From Armatimonadota bacterium (GTDB lineage: Bacteria; Armatimonadota; SYMT01): a stretch of DNA of 64,000 bases. The position numbers and the translations under genes are program-made. The notes beneath the pieces are model-generated. The model saw only the letters and a list, made by a program, of their open reading frames with translations. It did not search any database and was not told the DNA's origin. Positions 39,263 to 48,124 of the stretch are shown here, piece by piece. The first letter of the stretch is position 1. Each line of letters opens with the position of its first letter. The DNA lies in the NCBI GenBank assembly GCA_041690135.1, contig JAWLHY010000002.1, positions 560,342 to 624,341 of the forward strand. The letters run 5' to 3'.

Positions 39263-41110
39263 ATGAGGACCTCCGACCAAAGCTTTGGCGCGCGCTGGCG
39301 TGATGCCCTCCAGGTGCGGCTCACCATGCTCCGGCTGGCCTTCCGCCTGGTGTGGGAAGCCGCGCCGGGGTGGGCCGTGGCCGGCATCGCCCTGACGGTG
39401 GTGCAGAGCCTTTTGCCATTGCTGCAGCTGTCGCTCGGCAAGCAGGTGATCGATGCCATCGTCGCGGGCGCCCAGTTGGGCGACCGGGGAGAGGCATGGC
39501 GCGGGGTGTTTCCGCCCCTAGTGCTGGCGGCAGTAGTGATGCTGGTCGACTCCCTCTGTCGGTCGGTAGCCGGTTACGTGGGCGAGGTGCAGGCCGAGCG
39601 GATCGACGACCATGCCCAGGAGATCCTGCAGCGCCAGGCGGCCGCCGTGGACCTGGCGTGTTACGAGAATCCGGACTACCACGACCGGTTGCACCGCGCG
39701 CAGCGGGATAGCGCCTACCGGCCGGTCCGCATCCTGAGCTCGGTGATGCAACTGCTGCGGGGGGGCGTCACCCTGCTGGCGATGGTCGGGCTCCTCGTTT
39801 CCCTGCACCCCCTGGTGGCGGCGCTCGTCTTCCTCGCTGCCGTTCCGGGCGTGGTGGTCCGGCTGGTTTACGCAGGCAGCTACTATCGCTGGCAGCGGGC
39901 TAGCACCCCACTCCTGCGGCGGGCGGATTACCTCCGCGACCTCCTGTTCGCGGCTACTCACGCCAAGGAGCTGCGCCTGTTCGGCCTGGCGCCCTCCTTC
40001 CGGGAACAGTACCGGGAACTGCGTGCCACACTGCGTGACGGCCGGCTCGCGCTGACGGCACGGCGGGCACTGCGGGAGTTCCTGACCCAGGCGATGGCCA
40101 TCCTCGCCCAGTTCGGGGTGCTGGCGTTCGCGGCCTGGATGGCCGTGGGCGGTCGCATCACGTTGGGGGCGCTGGTGATGTACGAGCAGGCGTATCAGCG
40201 AGCGCAGGGAGCGTTCCAGAACCTGATCGGCGCGTTCGCCGCCCTCTACGAAGATAGTCTCTACCTCACCCATCTCTACGACTTTCTCGCCATCAAGCCG
40301 CTGGTGCAGGACCCGGCAGATCCACAGCCTTTCCCCCGGCCGCTGCGCCGGGGTGTCGAGTTCGGGAGCGTGAGCTTCGGCTACCCCGGTGAGGACCGCC
40401 AGGCCCTTTCGGACGTGTCGCTGGAGATCCCGGCCGGCGCCACGGTGGCGCTGGTCGGCGCCAACGGGTCGGGGAAGACCACCCTCACCAAGCTCCTCTG
40501 CCGGTTCTACGACCCGGTGGAGGGGAGTATCCGGATCGATGGAACCGACCTGCGCGACTTTTCTCAGGAAGACCTGCGCCGGGCCATCGCGGTGGTGCTG
40601 CAGGACTTCGCCCGTTACCACCTGACGGTGGAGGAGAACATCGCCCTGGGAGCCCGCGAGGAGAACCCGAGACCGGAAAGGGTCACGGAAGCGGCGCGCC
40701 TGGCAGGAGTACACCCGGTGGTAGAGCGCCTGCCCCAGGGGTACGCCACCCTGCTGGGGCGCCTGTTCGAGGGGGGCCTGGAACTGAGCGTGGGAGAGTG
40801 GCAGCAACTGGCCGCGGCCCGGGCCTTCCTCCGGGATGCGCCGATCCTCATCCTGGACGAGCCGACCAGCGCGCTCGACCCGGCAGCGGAAGCGGATTTC
40901 CTGGCTTCCCTGCGAGAGTTGCGACAGGGGCGGACGACCCTGCTGATCAGTCACCGCCTTTCCACCGTGCGCGAAGTGGACCGGATCTTCGTCCTGGACG
41001 GCGGCCGGGTAGCGGAAGCGGGCACCCACGCGGAGTTGCTGGCGCACGATGGTCTGTATGCCCGTCTCTATCGCGCGCAGGCAGACCTCTACCAGAGCTT
41101 CGCAGATTAG
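39263..41110 (+). CDS. ABC exporter with fused permease and ATPase (MdlB-like)
   Basis: TM N-half; GANGSGKT Walker A; LSVGEWQ signature; ILILDEPT Walker B; SHRLS. Confidence 0.93.
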   Translation: MRTSDQSFGARWRDALQVRLTMLRLAFRLVWEAAPGWAVAGIALTVVQSLLPLLQLSLGKQVIDAIVAGAQLGDRGEAWRGVFPPLVLAAVVMLVDSLCRSVAGYVGEVQAERIDDHAQEILQRQAAAVDLACYENPDYHDRLHRAQRDSAYRPVRILSSVMQLLRGGVTLLAMVGLLVSLHPLVAALVFLAAVPGVVVRLVYAGSYYRWQRASTPLLRRADYLRDLLFAATHAKELRLFGLAPSFREQYRELRATLRDGRLALTARRALREFLTQAMAILAQFGVLAFAAWMAVGGRITLGALVMYEQAYQRAQGAFQNLIGAFAALYEDSLYLTHLYDFLAIKPLVQDPADPQPFPRPLRRGVEFGSVSFGYPGEDRQALSDVSLEIPAGATVALVGANGSGKTTLTKLLCRFYDPVEGSIRIDGTDLRDFSQEDLRRAIAVVLQDFARYHLTVEENIALGAREENPRPERVTEAARLAGVHPVVERLPQGYATLLGRLFEGGLELSVGEWQQLAAARAFLRDAPILILDEPTSALDPAAEADFLASLRELRQGRTTLLISHRLSTVREVDRIFVLDGGRVAEAGTHAELLAHDGLYARLYRAQADLYQSFAD

Positions 41111-41157
41111 GATGAGGATGAAGATAAGGATAAGGAGTTCGGTTACGAGACAGTATC

Positions 41158-41555
41158 TCTAACCAAGAGACCTGCCGCTCCTATGCCGGCTGCGGCAATC
41201 CCCCTGGTGAATGGACCGAGCGACTGGAGACGGATGTGGATGTCGGGACTCCGGGCAAGACTGGGGTGCTGTCCGGTCGTCCCACGACCAGATGCCTGTT
41301 GCCAGGATGCTGCCGCTCCGCATTGGAACCGGTGCCCTGCCCTAACCAGGGGACCTGCCACGCGCGCCCGGCGAAGTTAGGGTCGGGTACCGGGGTTCAG
41401 GTCCAGGGTGGCTGTGCTCCGGCAGTGTGGAGGCGGCGAGCGGTTTGGCAGGAGGTTGCCACGCCCGTGTGAGGACCGCTTCCCTAACCAGGGGGCCTGC
41501 CACGTCGGGTACCGGGGTTCAGATTCAATGTGGCTGTGCTCCGCCAGTGTGGCGG
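41158..41555. repeat. Direct-repeat cluster (CTAACCAGGGGACCTGCC...GTCGGGTACCGGGGTTCAG...GTGGCTGTGCTCC)
   Basis: Near-identical copies at 41340-41433 and 41482-41555; partial copy at 41158-41176. Confidence 0.75.
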
Positions 41556-41614
41556 TGCCGGTCTGTGAAGTCGGCTGGGTCTCCCCCTCCTCGCAGTGAC
41601 TGATTATGATATTT

Positions 41615-41635
41615 TATTATATGAATGATATAATA
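41615..41635 (+). promoter_or_regulatory. Extended -10 promoter (TGnTATAAT) inside an 8-bp palindrome
   Basis: TGATATAAT at 41626-41634; TATTATAT-GAATG-ATATAATA; AT-rich patch upstream of ATG 41672. Confidence 0.6.
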
Positions 41636-41671
41636 CACTAATCCGGCCAGGCAGCATCTCAATTACGAATT

Positions 41672-42067
41672 ATGCGCACCACCAGGGAATACATCGAACG
41701 GGAAGCCGATGGCGCCATCCGCTCTCGCACGGTCTTCGATTGCGATGCTGATGGGCGGGAGGTCGGGCGAAGGGGTTACGACGCGAGAGGTGAGCTACTC
41801 TACCGGCAGGTAGAAGAGCGTCAGGATCTCCCTTCCGGACGCCGCGTTCAGGTCACCACTTCAGGTCCCGACGGGCAGTTGATGGAAACGCAGCGGATAA
41901 CATTCGACTCCAGTGACCGGCCCACGGAAGCTGTCGCTTGGGCCTCCGATGGGTCTCTCCTGGATCGTCAGGTCTATACGTACGATGACCCTGCGAAAAC
42001 CGTACGCTTTCAGCGCTGGAATCCTGCCGGAGAGCTAATTGAGGACTGGAGCCGAAGTTACGAGTAA
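41672..42067 (+). CDS. Hypothetical protein with YD/RHS-like beta-hairpin repeats
   Basis: Recurrent (Y/F/W)DxxG turns: FDCDADG, YDARG, WASDG, YTYDD, WNPAG; atypical codon usage. Confidence 0.7.
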   Translation: MRTTREYIEREADGAIRSRTVFDCDADGREVGRRGYDARGELLYRQVEERQDLPSGRRVQVTTSGPDGQLMETQRITFDSSDRPTEAVAWASDGSLLDRQVYTYDDPAKTVRFQRWNPAGELIEDWSRSYE

Positions 42068-42274
42068 CGCACTTCTAACCACGACAGCCAAGTACCCCCA
42101 CCTTGATGGAAGGACAGACGACGGCGTCTTTCCTTCACCTGGTCCTGGGAACAGGGCCGTAGTGGGTCGCTTGCCTCGCGGGTTCACGCAAGCCGGGGAC
42201 AGCGCTGTCCCACACGGCGCGACGGGTGCACCTGCAGGACCCGCCGCAGTGCACTCCGAGTGCGGGGGCCTGAT

Positions 42275-42402
42275 CCTGGTCGGGGACAGCGACACCGACC
42301 CTACCGCCTGCATTGCGACTGCCGCGATGCAGTACGGGTGCGAGGGCCGAGCTCCGGTCGGGGACAGCCCTGACTTCGCCGGGTGTACGACTCGACCCGA
42401 CC
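42275..42402. repeat. REP-like cluster
   Basis: GGTCGGGGACAGCGACACCGACCCTAC (GTAG-type, 42278-42304) and GGTCGGGGACAGCCC...CCCGACC (42356-42402). Confidence 0.65.
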
Positions 42403-42472
42403 TCCATCGGCGCGAAGGCTATGGCCGTCCCAGTTGGCAGGAGCCGCATCTTGCGCCACCGGGGGGGGCTTG

Positions 42473-42790
42473 ATGATGGGTGATAGAGCCTTCCGAGAGG
42501 TAGGCCCGGCGGACGTGGCCCGGTTGAACGCGGACTACAGGGTACTGTGGAGCAACTGTGATCTGGACATCCGGATCTGCAGCAGTGGAGACCGGGTCGA
42601 GTTGGAGTTCGTCACGCTCCGAGAGCATGGCGGAGATGGGTTCACCCCGGTCGCAAGTACCGGCGTCGCGACGGGGCGGGCCGTGGCCAGGATCTTGTGC
42701 GGTTTACACCAGGCCTGGTTCGTGACCAACGGGCACGAGGCCCTTCCATACGGACGCATGCGCTGCTACCTTCTGGCGCCCATTCCCTGA
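42473..42790 (+). CDS. Hypothetical protein
   Basis: Protein-like composition; G-run upstream as a possible RBS. Confidence 0.5.
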   Translation: MMGDRAFREVGPADVARLNADYRVLWSNCDLDIRICSSGDRVELEFVTLREHGGDGFTPVASTGVATGRAVARILCGLHQAWFVTNGHEALPYGRMRCYLLAPIP

Positions 42791-42916
42791 TCCGTTTCGC
42801 TCCGTTCGATCCGTGTCATCCGTGTCGAAAGAGTTGCGGTACTCTGTGTCCCCTCTTGTTCCGTCAGTGTCCCTCTGTGTCGGAGAGAGACCCCATACAG
42901 GGTAGGCGAATGGTAG

Positions 42917-43237
42917 CTAGGGTTCGTGGAGGTAGGTCCGGCCGCCGCCCTGGGCCACGACTTCGGCGAGGCGGTACCACACGTCCTGCGCGATGAACTT
43001 GCGACGGTAGCCGGCGGGGGAGCGGGCTACCCAGACCTGGCCATCGGGCTGGAGTTCGCCGACGAGGTCGCACTCGTGCAGGATGTCGGTGGGGATGGCG
43101 TCGCCGGGCCGCGCGGCTCGGCCGGCGAAGTCGGGAATCACGGTGACGCCCGCCTCCCGCAGGACGGCGATGGCGGCCTCTTCTTCTACTCCATGGCGCA
43201 AGGCGATTTCCCGGGCACGACTTTCGGTAATGGTCAT
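42917..43237 (-). CDS. Hypothetical protein
   Basis: GC3-biased ORF, GGGGG RBS-like motif. Confidence 0.7.
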   Translation of the reverse strand: MTITESRAREIALRHGVEEEAAIAVLREAGVTVIPDFAGRAARPGDAIPTDILHECDLVGELQPDGQVWVARSPAGYRRKFIAQDVWYRLAEVVAQGGGRTYLHEP

Positions 43238-43329
43238 CAGCTATCCCCCGACCATTTTAGCGCCATTGTGGTGCGGCCGGTCGGGGGTGTAAACCACGAA
43301 GGCACAAAGGGCACGAAGGGAAGGAAAGG

Positions 43330-44070
43330 TTACCCTCCCGTGATGCGGCGGATGAGCTTGCCGAGGGGATCGTAGTATTCGTCGACGACGCGCTCCTTGA
43401 GCGGGATAATGCCGTTGTCGGTGATGTTGATGTGCTCGGGGCAGACCTCAGTGCAGCACTTGGTGATGTTGCAGAGGCCGATGCCGAGCTCGTTCTTCAG
43501 CATCGGCAGCCGGTTCTCCGTGTCCAGGGGGTGCATCTCCAGGCTGGCGACGCGGATCATGAAGCGAGGGCCGCCGAACTCGCTCTTCATGTCGTGGTCG
43601 CGCAGGACGTGGCAAACGTTTTGGCAGAGGAAGCACTCGATGCACTTTCGGAACTCCTGCACGCGGTCCACTTCCTCCTGGCTCATACGCCAGGTGCCGT
43701 CCGCTTCCGGCGGCTTGGGCTTGAACTTCGGAATCCGCTGGTTGACCGTGTAGTTCCAGGAGACGTCGGTCACCAGGTCCCGGATGATCGGGAAGCTCTT
43801 GATCGGGGTGATCGTGATCGGGGCCTCGGTGGGGAGGGTCTCGAGGCGGGTCATGCACATCAGCCGCGGCTTGCCGTTGATTTCGGCCGAACAGGAGCCG
43901 CACTTGCCCGCCTTGCAGTTCCAGCGCACGGCAAGATCGTTGGCCTGGGTGGCCTGGATCTCGTGGACGGCATCCAGCACGACCATCCCTTCGCTGATCT
44001 CCGTTTTGTAAGCCTTGAACTCCCCGCCCTGCGCGTCGCCGCGCCAGATGTGAAAGGTCGCCTGCGGCAT
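43330..44070 (-). CDS. sdhB: Succinate dehydrogenase/fumarate reductase Fe-S subunit (mycobacterial Sdh1 type)
   Basis: CKAGKCGSC...C; CIECFLCQNVC; CNITKCCTEVCP. Confidence 0.95.
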   Translation of the reverse strand: MPQATFHIWRGDAQGGEFKAYKTEISEGMVVLDAVHEIQATQANDLAVRWNCKAGKCGSCSAEINGKPRLMCMTRLETLPTEAPITITPIKSFPIIRDLVTDVSWNYTVNQRIPKFKPKPPEADGTWRMSQEEVDRVQEFRKCIECFLCQNVCHVLRDHDMKSEFGGPRFMIRVASLEMHPLDTENRLPMLKNELGIGLCNITKCCTEVCPEHINITDNGIIPLKERVVDEYYDPLGKLIRRITGG

Positions 44071-45881
44071 CACTTCATCTCCTCGATGACCTGTTTCAGT
44101 TCGTCGCGCATGGGTCGAACCGGGTCCTGCTCCACCTGCATGCCGCCGTCGGGCTGTTTGCGGATGATGATGTTGACCTGCCCGAAGCGGGCGTCCTTTT
44201 CGGGGTAGTCATCGCGGAACTGCGCGCCGCGGCTCTCCTTTCGCTCGATGGCTCCCCGCGCGATCGCCTCCGAGACGGTGAGGAGGTTGTGGAGGTCCAT
44301 GGCCGTGTGCCAGCCGGGGTTATACTCCCGGTTCCCCTCCACGCGCACGTGGCGGGTGCGGTCCCAGAGGTTCCGGAGGCCGTCGAGAGCGCGGACCATC
44401 TCCTCTTCCCGGCGGACGATGCCGACCAGATCCTGCATCATGTCCTGAAGGTCGTGCTGCACCTGATAGGGACCCTCGCCTCCAGAACGCTCGAACGGCT
44501 CCAACGCCCACCGGGCGGTCGCCTGGATCTCGTCCTCGTTGACTTCCGCGGCCCCTTTTTCACGGGCGTACTGGGCGGCGAACTCGCCGGCGCGCTTGCC
44601 GAACACGAGGAGGTCGGAAAGGGAATTGCCCCCGAGGCGGTTCGCCCCGTGCAGCCCCGCGGCACACTCGCCGCAGGCGAAGAGGCCGGGGACCGTGGAC
44701 ATCTGGGTGTCGCCGTCTACCCGCACGCCGCCCATCATGTAATGGGTGGTGGGGCCCACTTCCATCGGCTCTTTGGTGATGTCGACGCCGCCCAACTCCT
44801 TGAACTGGTGGTACATGCTGGGAAGTTTGCGCTTGATGTGCTCCTCCCCGTTGGGGATCCGCTCCTTGATCCAGGCGATGTCGAGGAACACCCCGCCATG
44901 CGGGCTCCCGCGGCCTTCGCGGACTTCCCGCAGGATGCACCGGGCCACGTGGTCGCGGGTGAGCAGTTCCGGCGGGCGGCGGGCATTTTTGTCCCCCTGC
45001 GTGTAACGCCAGCCTTCTTCCTCGTTGTCGGCGGTCTGGCTGCGGTAGTTCTCGGGGATGTCGCCGAACATGAACCGCTTGCCCTCGCTGTTACGGAGGA
45101 CGCCCCCCTCGCCGCGCACCCCCTCGGTAACCAGGATCCCGCGGACGCTGGGAGGCCAGACCATTCCGGTCGGGTGGAACTGGACGAACTCCATGTCCAT
45201 CAGGTCCGCTCCGGCGTGGTAGGCGAGGGAGTGGCCGTCGCCCGTGTATTCCCAGCTGTTGCTGGTGATCTTGTAGGCCTTGCCGATCCCGCCGGTTGCC
45301 AGCACGATCGCCTTCGCCTTGAATAGCACAAAGCGCCCGCGCTCGCGGGAGTAGCCGAAAGCTCCCGCGATCCGCTCACCGTCCTTGAGCAGGCGGATGA
45401 CGGCACACTCCATGTGGACCTTGATCCCCTGGTGGATGCCGTGGTCCTGGAGAGTCCGGATCATCTCCAGGCCGGTGCGGTCGCCCACGTGAGCCAAGCG
45501 GGGGTAGCGGTGGCCGCCGAAGTTGCGTTGGAGGATCCGCCCGTCGCGCGTGCGATCGAAGACGGCTCCCCAGGCCTCCAGCTCGCGCACGCGGCTCGGC
45601 GCCTCTTTGGCGTGCAGCTCGGCCATCCGCCAGTTGTTGACGTATTGCCCGCCGCGCATCGTGTCGGCGAAGTGCACGCGCCAGTTGTCCCGGTCGTCCA
45701 CGTTGGCGAGGGCCGCGGCCACGCCCCCCTCCGCCATCACCGTGTGTGCCTTGCCGAGGAGGGACTTGCAAACCAGCCCGACCGTTACCCCGGCGGCGGA
45801 AGCCTCGATCGCGGCGCGGAGCCCTGCGCCGCCCGCTCCAATGACCAGTACGTCGTATTCGTGTGTCTCGTAGCCCTGCAT
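44070..45881 (-). CDS. sdhA: Succinate dehydrogenase/fumarate reductase flavoprotein
   Basis: GAGGAG, KAHTVMAEGG (FAD His), QFHPTG, EGVRGEG, HYMMGG, HGANRLGGNSL, ESRGA. Confidence 0.96.
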   Translation of the reverse strand: MQGYETHEYDVLVIGAGGAGLRAAIEASAAGVTVGLVCKSLLGKAHTVMAEGGVAAALANVDDRDNWRVHFADTMRGGQYVNNWRMAELHAKEAPSRVRELEAWGAVFDRTRDGRILQRNFGGHRYPRLAHVGDRTGLEMIRTLQDHGIHQGIKVHMECAVIRLLKDGERIAGAFGYSRERGRFVLFKAKAIVLATGGIGKAYKITSNSWEYTGDGHSLAYHAGADLMDMEFVQFHPTGMVWPPSVRGILVTEGVRGEGGVLRNSEGKRFMFGDIPENYRSQTADNEEEGWRYTQGDKNARRPPELLTRDHVARCILREVREGRGSPHGGVFLDIAWIKERIPNGEEHIKRKLPSMYHQFKELGGVDITKEPMEVGPTTHYMMGGVRVDGDTQMSTVPGLFACGECAAGLHGANRLGGNSLSDLLVFGKRAGEFAAQYAREKGAAEVNEDEIQATARWALEPFERSGGEGPYQVQHDLQDMMQDLVGIVRREEEMVRALDGLRNLWDRTRHVRVEGNREYNPGWHTAMDLHNLLTVSEAIARGAIERKESRGAQFRDDYPEKDARFGQVNIIIRKQPDGGMQVEQDPVRPMRDELKQVIEEMK

Positions 45882-45890
45882 GGATGCTTC

Positions 45891-46682
45891 CTAGAAGATG
45901 ATGCGGAGGTCGGTGATGGCGCCGGTGGCGACGGAGCGGATGTAGAGATCGGTGAGAACCACGCTGGCGAGGGAGGACCACGCCCACTGCATGTGGTTGC
46001 GGTTGAACATGGAGACGGTCCGCCAGCACTTGTAGCCGGCATCCGCCTGGGATTCCCCGCTGCTCCCGGCGGGGCAAGAGAAGCAGTCTTTCTTCCCGCC
46101 CACCAGGTGGCGCAGTGAGTGGCAGCCGAAGGTGTAGCCGGTGAGCAGGACGACGTTCGCCAGGATGATGAGGCTGCCGACCCCGATGCCGAACCGACCA
46201 TCGAACCAGAAGGCCTTGAGCACGTCATACCACAGGAAGACGAGGAAGAGGAGCGCGAAATAGAGGGCGTAACGGTGGAGGTTCTGGAGTGTGAAGGGGA
46301 ACTGTCGCTCACCCTGGTAGCGGGTGCGAGCCTTCGGTTCCGGTACGGCGCAGGCGAGGGGGTCCATGAAGAACGACCGGTAATAGGCCTGCCGGTAGTA
46401 GTAGCAGGTCATCCGGAACGCCAGCGGAAAGACGAGGATGTAAAAGGCCGGCGAGATCAGCCAACCGTTGATCCGGTACTCGAACGGCAGGAGCGGAGAG
46501 TAGAAGGGGGAGAGGTACGGTTCAGGGTGGTAGTACCGGTTCTCGAAGGCGCGGAAGGTCGCCCAGATCGCGAAGATACTCAGCCCCAGCACTGTCAGCA
46601 GGGGCTTGACCCACCAGGTGTCGTTGCGTACCGCAGTTTCCAGCGGCACCCTCGCCGCCGGCTTATCCGTTGCTAGAGCCAA
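45891..46682 (-). CDS. Succinate dehydrogenase membrane anchor, Rv0249c/type F-like
   Basis: YLSPFYSP, TCYYYR, NLHRY, GCHSLRH, NHMQWAW; TTG start with GGAGG RBS; first gene of the sdh operon. Confidence 0.85.
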   Translation of the reverse strand: MALATDKPAARVPLETAVRNDTWWVKPLLTVLGLSIFAIWATFRAFENRYYHPEPYLSPFYSPLLPFEYRINGWLISPAFYILVFPLAFRMTCYYYRQAYYRSFFMDPLACAVPEPKARTRYQGERQFPFTLQNLHRYALYFALLFLVFLWYDVLKAFWFDGRFGIGVGSLIILANVVLLTGYTFGCHSLRHLVGGKKDCFSCPAGSSGESQADAGYKCWRTVSMFNRNHMQWAWSSLASVVLTDLYIRSVATGAITDLRIIF

Positions 46683-46697
46683 GTTAACCTCCGGAAA

Positions 46698-46809
46698 TCG
46701 GGTGTTCGGGTGTTCGGGTGTTCGGGTGTTCGGGTTGGAGGATGTCGGACGGACGGGAGGTGGTTGGGATTCTGCCTACCGCCTACTGCCTACTGCCTTC
46801 CGCCTTCTG
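46698..46809. repeat. Short tandem repeats upstream of sdh
   Basis: (TCGGGTGT)x4.75 at 46698-46735 and degenerate (CTGCCTA)x5 at 46772-46809. Confidence 0.85.
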
Positions 46810-46826
46810 GCCCCTAGCCCCTGACT

Positions 46827-47369
46827 TCACATCCAACCCGCCGGCGTTAGGCGGCGGATGCGGGCGGTGAGGTCGCCGAGGTCGTCGCGCACGTGCTCCA
46901 CCAGCATGCGGCACCGGCGGCCGATCAGGTCATCCGGGTCGAGATCGCGGAGTGCCGTGCGGAGCGCCGCCCGGCACTCCGGTCGGTCCAGGTCCTCCGG
47001 ATTGCGGACGTCGGTAACAACTCCCATCGCCACGAGGAGCTGGCCCAGGTGGTTGTCGGGGCGACAGGTGGTACCGGTCACGAAACCGAGTGCTTGGGGA
47101 GTCCAGTCGTCGTAGTCGCTGGAGGGGATCGCGCGGAAGTGCCAGACGGCGCGCTGTCCTTCGATGGGTCGCCACTCCACGAGTTCGGCCGTGAAGACGC
47201 CGGCGGGGTGCACTTCCGCCTCCTCGTAGTGGAAGGGGGGAGGCTGGTGTGGGTGGAGAGCGTCTCCCTCCTGAACACACTCCATATCGGGTAGGGGCCA
47301 CATATCGGCCGGATCGCCGACTTCAGGCGTCTCGCCTGCTGCAGGTTGGCCTTTGAACAGCTTGAACAT
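46827..47369 (-). CDS. Hypothetical protein, DUF669/phage-SSB-like
   Basis: PAGVFTAELV...WHF...LGQLLVAMG...LDPDDLIGRRCRMLVEH...ARI; AAGGGAGG RBS. Confidence 0.7.
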   Translation of the reverse strand: MFKLFKGQPAAGETPEVGDPADMWPLPDMECVQEGDALHPHQPPPFHYEEAEVHPAGVFTAELVEWRPIEGQRAVWHFRAIPSSDYDDWTPQALGFVTGTTCRPDNHLGQLLVAMGVVTDVRNPEDLDRPECRAALRTALRDLDPDDLIGRRCRMLVEHVRDDLGDLTARIRRLTPAGWM

Positions 47370-47585
47370 CGCTTGCCCTCCCTTGGACAAGCCCAGCGTT
47401 CTGGGCGTATTGCGTTAATAGTGCCTCAACCGGGATGCTTGAAACCATCTTCCGCCGCCGGTGGAGTTACTCCTTCGCAAACTTCACTACCGCCGGAGAT
47501 ATTTTTCCGTGCGGCGTTTGCTCCGCGCCCTGGGAAGGGAATGGCACCGTTGATCGGCGTGCGGCGTCGAACAGGGGAGATGGGA

Positions 47586-47819
47586 ATGACGAACGAGGAG
47601 CGGAAAGTGGGCCGGGAGACCGGGACGACCGGGGAACTGCCGCGCGTCCGGGTAGGGACGAATGAGGTGCAGCGGGGCCCGCAGCCCCACCCGGAGGTGC
47701 TGGAAGAGGAAGAGATGACGCCCGCGGGCGCCTACCCGATGGGGGAGGCGATGACGGGAGGGCTCGTGAATGACGATGCCACGAGCGGCGGCGCCGCGGA
47801 CGGCGACATCACTGGCTGA
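47586..47819 (+). CDS. Small acidic, probably disordered protein
   Basis: GGGGAG RBS; strong GC3 bias; MTNEERKVG...GDITG. Confidence 0.65.
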   Translation: MTNEERKVGRETGTTGELPRVRVGTNEVQRGPQPHPEVLEEEEMTPAGAYPMGEAMTGGLVNDDATSGGAADGDITG

Positions 47820-47828
47820 AGCAGCCGG

Positions 47829-48029
47829 TTACTCCTTCACTTCGGGTACGTCGAGCTTGTCGTAATCCGCCTTACTGACGAATTTCGTCAGGTTACGTCC
47901 CTCGTGCTCGCCGCGCAGAGCGTAGCGAGCGCCGCCGCCGCTCTTGGGCTGATAGGTCACCTTCTTGATCTGGCTCTCCGGGACGCTGACCTTCTGCCGC
48001 GACTTGACGTCGTAAAACTCAATTGCCAT
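47829..48029 (-). CDS. 66-aa Lys-rich protein, candidate CC1-like nucleoid/DNA-binding protein
   Basis: AAGGAG RBS; MAIEFYDVKSRQKVSV...RYALRGEHEGRNLTKFVSK; only the tail of ORF 47829..49271 is real. Confidence 0.8.
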   Translation of the reverse strand: MAIEFYDVKSRQKVSVPESQIKKVTYQPKSGGGARYALRGEHEGRNLTKFVSKADYDKLDVPEVKE

Positions 48030-48124
48030 GGGTTTGCTCCTTTGCAGATCGCGCGTGCGGGCTGCCTGCGACCGCATGCAACCTACCCCGGTTCGCCGTA
48101 ACCCAAGCGTGAATCTGACGCAGG

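Noticed and set aside
41340-41382. CCCTAAC...GTTAGGG as an integron attC site
   Set aside because: Only 43 bp, no L boxes or internal complementarity, and no integrase in the window
41653-41680. TTATGCGCACC (41670-41680) equals the reverse complement of the E. coli dif XerC arm
   Set aside because: The XerD arm expected 6 bp away is absent (AGCATCTCAAT), and the match overlaps the ATG of the next gene; probably chance
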